64,000 nucleotides of DNA, taken from assembly GCA_040399745.1 (NCBI GenBank), contig JBBARP010000001.1:298617-362616 (forward strand), written 5' to 3'. Shown piece by piece: positions 1 to 10,015 of the stretch. The notes beneath the pieces were generated by a model, which saw nothing but the letters and a program-made list of their open reading frames with translations, was not told the origin of the DNA and did no database searches. Position numbers and translations under genes: made by a program. The stretch comes from Bdellovibrionia bacterium (lineage in GTDB: Bacteria; Bdellovibrionota; UBA1018). Numbering within the stretch: position 1 is the first letter of the stretch; each line of letters opens with the position of its first letter.

Positions 1-117
1 CTTCGGATGGCCGGTGGGTTTTTGCAGACCGCAGAAGCCCAGGAATCTTCTGAAACTTCTGCCGAAGAGGGCGACGGAGCGACCTCCGACGACGACTCCG
101 GCTTCCGGGTGGCATGA
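1..117 (+). CDS. 3' end of an unidentified upstream gene (acidic C-terminal tail), truncated by the window edge
   Basis: Frame 1 is open (LRMAGGFLQTAEAQESSETSAEEGDGATSDDDSGFRVA*) and its TGA overlaps the next ATG (ATGA at 114-117). Confidence 0.55.
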   Translation, partial: LRMAGGFLQTAEAQESSETSAEEGDGATSDDDSGFRVA

Positions 118-1526
118 GGAGCGCAGTGGCTTCACCGCGGGTACTTCTGGTTCAGTCTGATCCCCGTCAAAGCGAGCTTTGGGCGTCTTTGATTCGCGAA
201 GTGGGCGAGTGCCAGATCGATATCGTTGCTGATGCCGAAACCTCGTTTGAGTGGCTTGCGCGAACCGACTACCAGCTCTTGATTCTGGGGGCTCCAGTGG
301 ACCTTTCAGAACTCTTGCTCAGGCGGGTCGAAGCCGTTCGTCGAAATAGTCCTGCAACGGCCGTGATCGTGGTCTCCGAACGCCCCACCTTGGAAGAGGC
401 CGTCGCAGTCATTCGGATCGGAGCGGAAGATTATCTCGCTCATCCGTTCCCGCTCGATGCTTTCCGCCTCTCCGTCAAGCGGGGCCTCGATCGAAAGCTG
501 GTATTGGGACAGGACGGAGTCGCAGGGGCTTACTTGGCCTTGGTCGACACTTGTCAGCTCATTTCTGGACTACTCGATGCCGAGCGAGTGCATGGCGTGG
601 TGCGAAGTTTTCTGATGCGAGAGCTCCGGGCCCGTCACGCTTCCATTTATCGCCTGATAGACGGCAAGCCCGAACGTCTGGGTGACTCTATTGCGCCGAA
701 TGGTACGAGCGATCGGGTTCTTGATGAAGTTTTGGATCTCGCCGTTCAAGCGGTTGCCGTCTTGCCAGGCATGGCCAGCGCCAGTGAAGGAGAACGCTCG
801 ATTCCGAAGGGTGCGCTCTCTCCTGCTCTCTTTGTTTTTCGCTACCAAGCCTCCGATGGCACTGACTGCTTCTGTGTCTGTCTTTCGCCCGAATCGCCTG
901 CCGACCCTTCGACCTTTGAGAGTCGCCTTCGGCTTTTGCGGGCTCAGCTCGAAGTGACGTTTCGAAACATCGAGCGTTATCAGGGCGTGGAAAAGCTGGT
1001 TTACACCGACGAAGCTACGGGACTTTACAACACGCGCTACCTTTACTCGCTTCTCGAACGTGAAATCGATCGTTCCCGGGCCGAAGGGCAATCGTTTGCG
1101 ATTCTTTTTGTGGATGGCGATCACTTCAAGTCGATCAATGATCGCTTTGGCCACCAAGCCGGCACGCAAGTTTTGAATGAGCTCGGTGGTCTTCTGAAGG
1201 GCTGGGTCAGGGCCCACGACAGCGTGTTCCGCTACGGTGGCGATGAGTTCGTCGCTGTTTTGTCGCGCTGTAATTGGTCAGTGGCACAGTCGGTGGCTGA
1301 GCGAATTCGCTTAGCGGTAGAAAAGCACGCATTCATTCCAGAGCGAAGCGAGCCCATTCGGCTCACTGTATCCATCGGGGTTGCCCTTTTCCCGGATCAC
1401 GCGGATTCCGTGCGAGCCGTCATCGATGCCGCTGATCATGCGATGTACTCGGCGAAACGGACTACGCGAAATAGCGTCTTCATGGCCGAAATGCCGGTCT
1501 CGCCGGAGAAGGGAACTTCTTCGTGA
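114..1526 (+). CDS. Diguanylate cyclase with N-terminal receiver-like domain
   Basis: C-terminal DGDHFKSIND-RFGH, RAHD (RxxD I-site) and RYGGDEF; N-terminal REC-like pattern (LLVQSD...GAEDYLAHPF). Confidence 0.93.
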   Translation: MRSAVASPRVLLVQSDPRQSELWASLIREVGECQIDIVADAETSFEWLARTDYQLLILGAPVDLSELLLRRVEAVRRNSPATAVIVVSERPTLEEAVAVIRIGAEDYLAHPFPLDAFRLSVKRGLDRKLVLGQDGVAGAYLALVDTCQLISGLLDAERVHGVVRSFLMRELRARHASIYRLIDGKPERLGDSIAPNGTSDRVLDEVLDLAVQAVAVLPGMASASEGERSIPKGALSPALFVFRYQASDGTDCFCVCLSPESPADPSTFESRLRLLRAQLEVTFRNIERYQGVEKLVYTDEATGLYNTRYLYSLLEREIDRSRAEGQSFAILFVDGDHFKSINDRFGHQAGTQVLNELGGLLKGWVRAHDSVFRYGGDEFVAVLSRCNWSVAQSVAERIRLAVEKHAFIPERSEPIRLTVSIGVALFPDHADSVRAVIDAADHAMYSAKRTTRNSVFMAEMPVSPEKGTSS

Positions 1527-2641
1527 GTGACTCCCAAGGCTCCGCGCGCCCGCGCTATAAATTGGTCGTCAGTGATTTTCACCTGGGGAAGGGTCGCCAC
1601 TTCCGCGATGGTTCGCAGAACCTCCTGGAAGACTTCGTTTACGATCGTGAGTTCGCCGATTTTTTGGACTACCACCGCTTGGGCGAGTTCAAGGACGCTG
1701 AGGTTGAACTGATCCTGAATGGCGATTTCTTGAACCTCCTTCAGATTGATGATTGGGGCATTCATACGCATTTGATCACTGAGCGTGCGACGGCTCGCGC
1801 AGTCGAAAGAATTGTCAAAGGGCATCCCGAGCTCTTTCAGGCGCTTCGTCGTTGGGCGCTGACTCCGGGGCACTCCATTGCTTACGTCGTCGGGAATCAC
1901 GATGTCGGGATGCTCTGGCACGCTCCCCGCCGCGCTTTCTCAGCCGCTTGTGGCGCGGAAGTCGCGTTTCATGATGTGTCCTACGAGTTCGACGGTGTTC
2001 ACGTCGAGCACGGTCAACAGTATGAGCGTTTTGCTCGAATCAATATGGAACGCCCTTTCATTACGAAGGGCTTGCCCGAGCCTGTTTTAGATCTTCCCTG
2101 GGGTTCGCTGTTTGTGGCGGTTGTTTTGCCGGGGATCAAGCAAGAGCGTCCGCATGTGGACAAAGTTCGCCCGTTCCGCTCGTTCCTGCAGTGGTGCCTT
2201 TTGAACGATCCTTGGTGGGGCGTCCGGACCGGCTTCCGAATTGTTCGCTTCGTTCTGGAAACCATTCTCTTCAAGTCGCGCTTTCATATTCGGCACGGCG
2301 TAGGGGCGACCTGGAGTCTTCTTCGGGAAATTTCGCTCTATCCGAGTTACGACCGAATCGCGTTTCGGATCTTGGAAGAGTTTCCTGACATTCACACCGT
2401 GATTTTCGGCCATACCCATGTGCTTCGCTACCGGCAGTGGCATGAAGGCAAAGAGTACTTCAATGAAGGCAGCTGGAACGAAGTGACGGTCCTGGAGCTG
2501 GGTGAATACGGGACCCGAGTTCGATTCACCTACGCATTCATCGAGTATGGCCAAAAGCTCGAGGATGGAACCTATCGGCCCAAAACCCGTTTGAAGGAAT
2601 GGAAAGGGGTTTGGCGCGCAGATATTGAGGTCCTGACTTGA
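1523..2641 (+). CDS. Calcineurin-like metallophosphoesterase (LpxH-like superfamily)
   Basis: Motifs SDFHLG, LNGDF, GNHD, EHG and FGHTH; GTG start overlaps the upstream stop. Confidence 0.85.
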   Translation: MSDSQGSARPRYKLVVSDFHLGKGRHFRDGSQNLLEDFVYDREFADFLDYHRLGEFKDAEVELILNGDFLNLLQIDDWGIHTHLITERATARAVERIVKGHPELFQALRRWALTPGHSIAYVVGNHDVGMLWHAPRRAFSAACGAEVAFHDVSYEFDGVHVEHGQQYERFARINMERPFITKGLPEPVLDLPWGSLFVAVVLPGIKQERPHVDKVRPFRSFLQWCLLNDPWWGVRTGFRIVRFVLETILFKSRFHIRHGVGATWSLLREISLYPSYDRIAFRILEEFPDIHTVIFGHTHVLRYRQWHEGKEYFNEGSWNEVTVLELGEYGTRVRFTYAFIEYGQKLEDGTYRPKTRLKEWKGVWRADIEVLT

Positions 2642-2666
2642 TTCCCTTTCGACTGTCCTCTAAATT
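2638..2666 (+). promoter_or_regulatory. Putative sigma70 promoter for kdsB (probably leaderless)
   Basis: TTGATT-17 nt-TAAATT, then 6 nt to ATG 2673; no Shine-Dalgarno. Confidence 0.5.
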
Positions 2667-2672
2667 TTCCAG

Positions 2673-3416
2673 ATGAAGAAAATTCTCGTCATCCCCGCGC
2701 GTTTCAACTCCTCGCGACTTCCCGGCAAGCCATTGGCCGATGTGGTGGGGAAGCCCCTGATTCAGCGAGTTTTCGAGCGGGCCAAGTTGGTGAAGGGCTT
2801 TGATCGCTTGGTTTTGGCAGTAGACGACGAACGAGTCGAGGCAGCCGCCAAGTCCTTTGGGGCAGAAGTGATGATGACCGACCCCAATCTGGCATCGGGA
2901 ACCGATCGCGTGGCAGCAGTGGCCGAGAAGATTGAGGGCGACCTATTTGTGAACTTTCAGGGCGACGAGCCTCTCCTGTCGCCCCAGGCGGTAGAAGCAG
3001 CAGCGGCGCTGGTAGCATCAGGCAAGTTCGGTATGGGGACTGTGATGACCCCGATTCGCGCGATGGAAGATCTGTGGGCTCGGTCCGTGGTGAAAGTCCT
3101 GGTTGATGCGCAGGGTCGAGCTTTGTACTTCTCGCGCCTTCCTATTCCTTACGGAAAGGTTTCAGGGCCCGCCCCTGGCGAGTCCTTTATTTGCCGCAAG
3201 CACCTTGGGGTCTATGCCTACGACCGCGCGACTTTGTTCCGGGTGCGGGATCTTCCGGAAGGAAGCCTAGAGAAGGCAGAAAAACTGGAGCAGTTGAGGG
3301 CTCTGGAGGCCGGAATCCCCATCGGGGTGGCCGAAGGGGATTACTCGTCCATCGGGGTGGATACTTTTGAGGATCTAGAAAAGGTCCGCAAGCACATCAC
3401 CGCTTTTGGTGTATAA
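2673..3416 (+). CDS. kdsB: 3-deoxy-manno-octulosonate cytidylyltransferase
   Basis: [43 protein letters not shown]. Confidence 0.97.
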   Translation: MKKILVIPARFNSSRLPGKPLADVVGKPLIQRVFERAKLVKGFDRLVLAVDDERVEAAAKSFGAEVMMTDPNLASGTDRVAAVAEKIEGDLFVNFQGDEPLLSPQAVEAAAALVASGKFGMGTVMTPIRAMEDLWARSVVKVLVDAQGRALYFSRLPIPYGKVSGPAPGESFICRKHLGVYAYDRATLFRVRDLPEGSLEKAEKLEQLRALEAGIPIGVAEGDYSSIGVDTFEDLEKVRKHITAFGV

Positions 3417-3426
3417 GAAGGCCCCG

Positions 3427-5106
3427 ATGGCCAAACAGAAAAAATACATCTTCGTCACGGGCGGCGTTTTGTCGTCTATCGGGAAGGGAATTGCCGCAGC
3501 CTCCATTGGGATGCTGATGGAGCAGCGCGGAATCCGCGTGACCATGATCAAGATGGATCCCTACTTGAATGTGGATCCGGGGACGATGAGTCCGTTTCAG
3601 CACGGGGAAGTCTTCGTTCTGGATGACGGCGCCGAGACGGATTTGGACTTGGGGCATTACAGCCGTTTCGTGCAGTCCGCTCATTTTACGCGGAAGAACA
3701 GTTTCACCACGGGCCGCATTTACGACACCGTGATTCGCCGCGAACGGGCAGGCGGGTATCTGGGAAAAACGGTTCAGGTCATCCCCCATATTACCGACGA
3801 AATTAAGCGTCACATCCGGGATGCTGCCGAAGGCTCGGATCTAGCCATTGTCGAAGTGGGCGGGACGGTCGGCGACATCGAAGGGCTGCCTTTCCTGGAA
3901 GCTATTCGCCAGATGCGTGCTGACGAAGGCGTCTCCAACGTTCTTTTCGTTCACCTCACTTTGGTGCCGTTCATCGGCGCAGCGGGCGAGTTGAAGACCA
4001 AGCCCACGCAGCATTCTGTGAAAGAGCTTCGCGAGATCGGGATTCAGCCCGACATTCTCCTGTGCCGCTCAGACCGCGCACTTCCTCAGGACGTCAAAGA
4101 AAAGATCGGATCTTTCTGCAACGTGCCGGGTGATCAAGTTTTCAGCGCGAAGGATGTCTCTTCGATTTACGAAGTGCCGCTTTGCTACAGCGAAGAGGGT
4201 TTGGACGAGAAAGTGGCCGAGCGCTTGGGGATCTGGAGCGGACGCCCCGATCTTTCGAAGTGGCAAGCCATGGTCGAGCGCATTCGGAGTCCCAAAGGGG
4301 AGCTCACGATCGGCATTGTTGGGAAGTACACCGACTGGCGGGACAGTTATAAGTCCCTGTCTGAAGCTTTGGTTCACGGCGGCGTTGCGAACGACGTTCG
4401 AGTGTCGATGGTTTACATCGATTCCGAAGAGCTCGAAAAGGGCACGAACCTGGATCTGCTTCGCAAAGTCGATGGCATTTTGGTTCCCGGTGGATTCGGC
4501 GAACGCGGCGTGGAAGGAAAAATCCGCGCGGCTCAGTTTGCGCGCACGGAAGGAATCCCTTACTTCGGCATTTGCTTGGGGATGCAGATTCTCGTCATCG
4601 AATACGCTCGAAACGTCTGCGGCCTGAAGAAAGCCAACTCGGCTGAATTCGCGCCAAACGGAACCGAGAACGTCATCGACCTGATGGACTCCCAAAAAGC
4701 GGTCACCGACATGGGTGGCACCATGCGTTTGGGCGCTTACCCGTGTCAGATCCTGCCGAAATCGAATTCGAAACCCACGCGGGCTTTTCAGGCTTACGGC
4801 AAAGAACAGATCACCGAGCGCCATCGCCACCGTTTTGAGGTGTCCAACGCTTTCCGGCCGGTCCTTGAGGAAAAGGGCCTTCTGGTCAGCGGACGGTTCA
4901 AGAACCAGCAAACCGGGGAAGAGCTTGTGGAGATGTGTGAACTGCCCTCGCATCCTTGGATGCTGGGTTGCCAGTTCCACCCGGAATTCCTTTCGAAGCC
5001 GCTCCAGCCGCATCCTCTTTTTGCGGCTTTTATCCAAGCCTCCAAAGAGCTGGGTAAGGGCGCACAGCGACCGCTTCCGGGCATTCAGCTTCCCACCACG
5101 CACTGA
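3427..5106 (+). CDS. pyrG: CTP synthase
   Basis: [51 protein letters not shown] 3427 preferred over the upstream start in the ORF track. Confidence 0.98.
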   Translation: MAKQKKYIFVTGGVLSSIGKGIAAASIGMLMEQRGIRVTMIKMDPYLNVDPGTMSPFQHGEVFVLDDGAETDLDLGHYSRFVQSAHFTRKNSFTTGRIYDTVIRRERAGGYLGKTVQVIPHITDEIKRHIRDAAEGSDLAIVEVGGTVGDIEGLPFLEAIRQMRADEGVSNVLFVHLTLVPFIGAAGELKTKPTQHSVKELREIGIQPDILLCRSDRALPQDVKEKIGSFCNVPGDQVFSAKDVSSIYEVPLCYSEEGLDEKVAERLGIWSGRPDLSKWQAMVERIRSPKGELTIGIVGKYTDWRDSYKSLSEALVHGGVANDVRVSMVYIDSEELEKGTNLDLLRKVDGILVPGGFGERGVEGKIRAAQFARTEGIPYFGICLGMQILVIEYARNVCGLKKANSAEFAPNGTENVIDLMDSQKAVTDMGGTMRLGAYPCQILPKSNSKPTRAFQAYGKEQITERHRHRFEVSNAFRPVLEEKGLLVSGRFKNQQTGEELVEMCELPSHPWMLGCQFHPEFLSKPLQPHPLFAAFIQASKELGKGAQRPLPGIQLPTTH

Positions 5107-5150
5107 GGCATTTCTTGAAAAGCTTCGCGTGACCGGGATACGTAACGGGC

Positions 5151-6029
5151 ATGATGAAGCTTGCTCCGATGACCCTGATTGCTGGTCCTTGTGTGATCGA
5201 AGACGAAGGTTTGATCCTGGAAGTGGCCCAAGAGCTGAAACGCCAGCTCGAAGGACTTCCGCTTCGCCTCTACTTCAAAGCGTCGTTCGATAAGGCCAAT
5301 CGCACTTCGATCGAAGGTTACCGCGGGCCGGGAATGAAAGAGGGCTTGCGCCTCTTGGATCAACTCAAGGCCAAAACCGGGTTGCCGCTTTTGACGGATT
5401 TTCATTCGCCCGATCAAGCTGAACCGGTTGCTGAAGTGGTCGACTTCCTCCAGGTGCCGGCATTCTTGTGCCGTCAAACCGACATGATCTTGGCGGCCGG
5501 CCAAGCTTGTTTGAAGCATGGAGCGCGGCTGAATGTGAAAAAGGGTCAGTTTTTGGCCCCGTGGGATGCCAAGAACATCGTCGGCAAAGTCCGCGAAGTG
5601 GTCGAGATTCAGCGACGGGACGGCAAGCTGCGTTCTGAGCCGGATGCGGACTGGTTCTGCCTGACCGAGCGTGGAACGAGCTTCGGCTACAACACCCTGG
5701 TTGTGGACATGGTTTCCTTCCAGGCCATGAAGGCATTCGGCGCCCCGGTGATCTATGATGCCACTCACTCGATTCAGTCGCCTGGAGCGGGCGCAGGTGG
5801 AAAATCGACCGGCGGGAAGCGGGAGTACCTGGAGGTGCTTGCGCGGGCCGCGATGGCTGCTGGGGCGGATGGCCTGTTTATGGAGTGCCACCCTCGTCCG
5901 GCGCAGGCTAAGAGTGACGGACCCAATGCGTTCTATCTCGAACACGTGGGGACCTTTGTTCGGCAGCTGCTGAAGATTCGAGAAACGGTTGCCGAGATGC
6001 CCAAACTTTTGCCCGAGGCCAAAGCCTGA
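5151..6029 (+). CDS. kdsA: KDO-8-phosphate synthase
   Basis: IAGPCVIE, KASFDKANRTS, QVPAFLCRQTD, ERGTSFGY, DATHSIQ. Confidence 0.97.
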   Translation: MMKLAPMTLIAGPCVIEDEGLILEVAQELKRQLEGLPLRLYFKASFDKANRTSIEGYRGPGMKEGLRLLDQLKAKTGLPLLTDFHSPDQAEPVAEVVDFLQVPAFLCRQTDMILAAGQACLKHGARLNVKKGQFLAPWDAKNIVGKVREVVEIQRRDGKLRSEPDADWFCLTERGTSFGYNTLVVDMVSFQAMKAFGAPVIYDATHSIQSPGAGAGGKSTGGKREYLEVLARAAMAAGADGLFMECHPRPAQAKSDGPNAFYLEHVGTFVRQLLKIRETVAEMPKLLPEAKA

Positions 6030-6035
6030 TGCAGA

Positions 6036-6602
6036 ATGAGAGGTATGCATCCCTCTCTTCCTTCGGTTTCGACCCAGCAGCACAAGCTTCTTGAAACGGC
6101 CGATATTCAAGCTCGGTTGAAGCAGATCAAGATCCTGATCCTGGATGTGGATGGGGTCATGACCGATGGTCGCGTCTTCTGGCTCGATGGACACGGATGG
6201 ACCCGCTATTTCCATATCAAGGATGGCTACGGGCTGAAGGTACTCATGAAAGCCGGCATTCAGGTGGCTGTGATTTCCGGGGGTGATTCCCAGGACGTGC
6301 GGACCCGGATGGAGTTTCTCAAGGTTCCGTACGTATTTCTCGGTGATGAAAACAAGCTCGTGGCGCTCGAGAAAATTCGACAAGCCACCGGCTTCACTCA
6401 CGAGCAGATGGCGTTCATGGGTGATGAGCTGTTCGATATTCCCGTGCTCGAAAAAGTGGGCTTCGCAGCGACCGTTCCTCATGCGGTCGATCCCGTCAAA
6501 GCCAAGGTGCATTACATCACCGAAGCTCAAGGGGGCTGGGGAGCCGTTCGCGAAGTGGCCGACGCCATTCGCGACGCCCAAGGGCTGACCGCTCCGGCGT
6601 GA
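6036..6602 (+). CDS. kdsC: KDO-8-phosphate phosphatase (HAD family)
   Basis: LDVDGVMTDG, GDELFD, GGWGAVRE; follows kdsA. Confidence 0.93.
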   Translation: MRGMHPSLPSVSTQQHKLLETADIQARLKQIKILILDVDGVMTDGRVFWLDGHGWTRYFHIKDGYGLKVLMKAGIQVAVISGGDSQDVRTRMEFLKVPYVFLGDENKLVALEKIRQATGFTHEQMAFMGDELFDIPVLEKVGFAATVPHAVDPVKAKVHYITEAQGGWGAVREVADAIRDAQGLTAPA

Positions 6603-6713
6603 CGGGTCCTATCCGACTTTGATCAGGAATCGCGTGACGTGCGAGCGCTGGGGCATGGCGACACGGATGGGCTATCAATTAGATGGCTTTACGCGCCGAA
6701 GTTTTTTGGGTTT

Positions 6714-6738
6714 ATTTACGACTTTTAATGTCGTATAT
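6714..6738. promoter_or_regulatory. IscR type-1-like palindromic operator, copy 1
   Basis: ATTTACGAC-TTTTAAT-GTCGTATAT (GAC-N7-GTC core) in an AT-rich stretch upstream of iscR. Confidence 0.65.
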
Positions 6739-6805
6739 TAGGTCAAGAAGGTTTGAACTGTTGCTTCTAGGGTCCGAGATGAATGCGCTGCGTAAAGTCG
6801 CGTTG

Positions 6806-6830
6806 AATTCGGACCTGAAATGTCGTAATT
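6806..6830. promoter_or_regulatory. IscR type-1-like operator, copy 2
   Basis: AATTCGGAC-CTGAAAT-GTCGTAATT; same spacing and the same GTCGTA half-site as copy 1. Confidence 0.55.
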
Positions 6831-6852
6831 GAGGCGGGCTGTTGGTTTTACC

Positions 6853-7344
6853 ATGATTAAACTCAATCGGACTTCGGAGTATGGCCTGATCGCCATGCGG
6901 CACATTCACCGCAAAGGGACGATCGAACCGGGTGGTGTGACGAGCGCCCGCGAGATCTCGGACACCTATGGGTTTCCTTTTGAGATCACCGCGAAGACGC
7001 TGCAGCGCCTGAAGGACCGTGGCCTCATTCATTCAGCCCAAGGCTCTCGAGGCGGGTACACCCTTCAGCGCCGCCTGGAGGAAGTGACTTTGGGCGAGTT
7101 CATCGACTTGATGGAAGGCCCTCAGTCCCTCGTTCAGTGCGCGGCCCCAGGGAATTCATCAGGTGGCGAGTCGACCGGCTGTGAGTACTCCAGTCGCTGC
7201 GAAATCCAGTCCCTGATGAGTGATCTGAATCGCCGTGTGAACAGCTTCCTCTCCGGAATTTTTCTTTCTGAGCTTTCCTCTTCCAGTACCTCGAATCCCG
7301 CAGTCGCTTTGACTGCAAGTGCAACTCGACAGGACATCGCATGA
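6853..7344 (+). CDS. iscR: Rrf2-family Fe-S cluster regulator
   Basis: Rrf2 wHTH (EYGLIAM...GSRGGYTL), three Cys in the C-terminal half, first gene of the isc operon. Confidence 0.88.
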   Translation: MIKLNRTSEYGLIAMRHIHRKGTIEPGGVTSAREISDTYGFPFEITAKTLQRLKDRGLIHSAQGSRGGYTLQRRLEEVTLGEFIDLMEGPQSLVQCAAPGNSSGGESTGCEYSSRCEIQSLMSDLNRRVNSFLSGIFLSELSSSSTSNPAVALTASATRQDIA

Positions 7345-8558
7345 AAATCCCCGTTTATTTGGACTACCACGCCACGACCCCGGTCGATCCTCAGGTCCTC
7401 GAGACCATGCTGCCTTACTTCACGCAAGTATTCGGCAACGCGGCCTCTCGCAACCACGAGTACGGCTGGACTGCTGAAGCTGCAGTCGAAAAGGCGCGCG
7501 GACAAATCGCTGCTCTGATCGGCGCAACCGACAAAGAAATCATCTTCACTTCGGGTGCCACAGAATCGAACAACTTGGCCATCACCGGCGTAGCCGAGAT
7601 GTACAAGGACAAGGGCAAGCACATCATCACTTCGGCCATCGAGCACAAAGCGGTCTTGGATACTTGCTTGGCGCTCGAGCAGAAGGGCTACGAGATCAGC
7701 TACGTTCCGGTCGATTCGACCGGTCGCGTGGACCTGGTAGAGCTTCGCAAGCTCATTCGCCCGGACACGATCCTTGTGTCCATCATGTTTGCCAATAACG
7801 AGATTGGTTCCATCAATCCCGTGGCCGAGATCGGGAAACTCTGTAAGGAGAAAGGCGTTCTTTTCCACACCGACGCCGTTCAAGCTGCAGGGAAGGCCGA
7901 GATCGACGTGCAGGCTCAAGGCATTGATCTGCTGTCTCTGACAGCCCACAAAATCTACGGTCCCAAGGGCGTAGGCGCGCTGTACGTGCGTCGAAAAGGC
8001 CCGCGTGTTCGTCTCAGTCCGATCGTCCACGGGGGCGGTCACGAGCGCGGAATGCGCTCGGGCACTTTGAACGTTCCGGGCATCGTGGGCTTCGGAAAAG
8101 CAGCCGAACTCGCGAAGAAGTACCTTCCTGAAGAAACTGCGCGCGTGAAGCGTCTGTGCGATCGCCTGTGGGCCGGAATTCAGGAACAGCTCGATGAAGT
8201 GTATCTGAACGGTCATCCTGAGTACCGCCTGCCCAACAACCTGAACGTCAGCTTCGCCTTCGTCGAAGGTGAGTCACTGATGATGGGGATGAAAGAGTTG
8301 GCAGTGTCGTCGGGCTCGGCTTGTACTTCGGCATCCCTTGAGCCTTCCTACGTCTTGAAGAGTATCGGCGTGGGCGAGGACTTGGCGCATACCTCGATTC
8401 GTTTTGGTCTGGGGCGTTTTACGACCGAAGAAGAGATTGATTTTGCTTTGAAGAAGGTCGTCGCGACCGTGCGTAAGCTTCGCGACCTTTCGCCCCTTTA
8501 CGAAATGGTCAAAGAGGGGATCGATCTGAAGTCGATCGCCTGGACCGGACACCACTGA
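7341..8558 (+). CDS. iscS: Cysteine desulfurase
   Basis: [44 protein letters not shown]. Confidence 0.98.
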   Translation: MKIPVYLDYHATTPVDPQVLETMLPYFTQVFGNAASRNHEYGWTAEAAVEKARGQIAALIGATDKEIIFTSGATESNNLAITGVAEMYKDKGKHIITSAIEHKAVLDTCLALEQKGYEISYVPVDSTGRVDLVELRKLIRPDTILVSIMFANNEIGSINPVAEIGKLCKEKGVLFHTDAVQAAGKAEIDVQAQGIDLLSLTAHKIYGPKGVGALYVRRKGPRVRLSPIVHGGGHERGMRSGTLNVPGIVGFGKAAELAKKYLPEETARVKRLCDRLWAGIQEQLDEVYLNGHPEYRLPNNLNVSFAFVEGESLMMGMKELAVSSGSACTSASLEPSYVLKSIGVGEDLAHTSIRFGLGRFTTEEEIDFALKKVVATVRKLRDLSPLYEMVKEGIDLKSIAWTGHH

Positions 8559-8581
8559 TTCTTTTCCAAGGAGAAATTGCC

Positions 8582-8998
8582 ATGGCCTATACCAATAAAG
8601 TCATCGATCACTACGAGAACCCACGGAACGTCGGCGCCTTGGATAAAAACAAGGAAAACGTCGGAACGGGCTTGGTTGGCGCACCCGAATGCGGTGACGT
8701 CATGAAGCTTCAAGTCGAGATCGACGAAGAAACGAACGTCATTAAAGACGCCAAGTTCAAAACTTTCGGCTGCGGATCGGCGATCGCGAGCTCTTCTTTG
8801 GCCACCGAGTGGATCAAAGGAAAGACCATCGATGAAGCCTTGGCCATCAAGAATACTCAGATCGTCGAAGAGCTTTCACTTCCCCCGATCAAGATCCATT
8901 GCTCGGTTCTCGCTGAAGACGCGATCAAAGCGGCTATCGGTGACTACCTGAAGAAGAAGGAAATCAAGAACGGTTCCACGGGAGGGGACAAAGCATGA
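8582..8998 (+). CDS. iscU: Fe-S cluster scaffold protein
   Basis: DHYENPRNVG, GAPECGDVMKL, FGCGSAIASS, LPPIKIHCS. Confidence 0.98.
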   Translation: MAYTNKVIDHYENPRNVGALDKNKENVGTGLVGAPECGDVMKLQVEIDEETNVIKDAKFKTFGCGSAIASSSLATEWIKGKTIDEALAIKNTQIVEELSLPPIKIHCSVLAEDAIKAAIGDYLKKKEIKNGSTGGDKA

Positions 8999-9324
8999 TC
9001 GTGATCAGCGACAATGCCGTGAAGGAAATCCGCCGGATTCAGGAAAGCGATCCTGCCAATTCGAGTGGCTATGTTCGAGTTCAAGTCGCCGGTGGCGGCT
9101 GCTCGGGAATGAGCTACAAGCTGGGCTTTGAAAACGAATCCCCGAAAGATTCGGACAAAGTTTTTGAGCGGGAAGGGGTTCGTGTCGTTGTCGATGCGAA
9201 GAGCTACCTGTTCTTGGCTGGCACCGAGCTCGATTACTCGGGCGGACTGAACGGCACGGGATTCACCTTCAGCAATCCGAACGCCAAGCGAACCTGTGGT
9301 TGCGGTTCCAGCTTCTCCGTCTGA
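8995..9324 (+). CDS. iscA: Fe-S cluster assembly accessory (A-type carrier) protein
   Basis: GGGCSGMSY and [14 protein letters not shown]. Confidence 0.95.
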   Translation: MIVISDNAVKEIRRIQESDPANSSGYVRVQVAGGGCSGMSYKLGFENESPKDSDKVFEREGVRVVVDAKSYLFLAGTELDYSGGLNGTGFTFSNPNAKRTCGCGSSFSV

Positions 9325-10015
9325 GCGTTCATCCGCTCATCTGGTTTCGCCGGCCTTCTGTCAGGCTTGCGGCTCGCCCATTTCGGGAGAGCTCGCTCCG
9401 CATGCTTGCGCCCAATGCGGAGAGCCTCAGCCCGTCCAGGTCAGTGAAGGCGAAGATTTTTTTCAAGCGCTCGGGGTGGCTAGGTCCTTCCGCTTAGAAG
9501 GCCCTGCGCTCGAGAAGCGGTTTTACTTTCTTTCTCGGTCGCTCCATCCCGATCGCTTCGCTCAGCGTGGGCCCCAGGCCTTGAAGTGTTCGATCGAGCG
9601 AATGAGTCTTCTGAATCGTGCCTACCGTGCCCTGAAGGATCCGCTCCAAAGGCGTGAGCACTTGCTGGAGCTTGAGGGAATCTCGGGAAAGAAGACGCCT
9701 CAGGCGGTTCCCTTGGATTTGGCCGACGACTGGTTCGAGCTTCAGGACGTCGTCATGGAAAGCCCCGAGTCGGCCCCTCAGCGGCTTCAGGAATTTGTCG
9801 CCCGCTTGAGTCAATTGAAGTCCGAGCGAAAGATGCGCGTGGAGTCTTTGGAAATGCGCTGGGAAGAATCGCGGACGGGCACCCAGTCGCCTGACCGCGA
9901 GGCACTTCAGCTTTTGGCGCGAGAACTTGAGGCGGGTGCAACTCTAGCCTCGCTCGAGCGCGATGTGGCTCGCCTGACAAACCGTCTGGGCGTGACTTTA
10001 GGGAAATCAGAATGA
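9296..10015 (+). CDS. hscB: Fe-S co-chaperone with N-terminal CxxC...CxxC; start codon uncertain
   Basis: J-domain LHPDRF...[11 protein letters not shown]; lies between iscA and hscA. Confidence 0.88.
   Translation: MVAVPASPSERSSAHLVSPAFCQACGSPISGELAPHACAQCGEPQPVQVSEGEDFFQALGVARSFRLEGPALEKRFYFLSRSLHPDRFAQRGPQALKCSIERMSLLNRAYRALKDPLQRREHLLELEGISGKKTPQAVPLDLADDWFELQDVVMESPESAPQRLQEFVARLSQLKSERKMRVESLEMRWEESRTGTQSPDREALQLLARELEAGATLASLERDVARLTNRLGVTLGKSE

Noticed and set aside
5085..6581. 498-aa antisense ORF over kdsA/kdsC
   Set aside because: Mirror-frame artefact with no domain signal.
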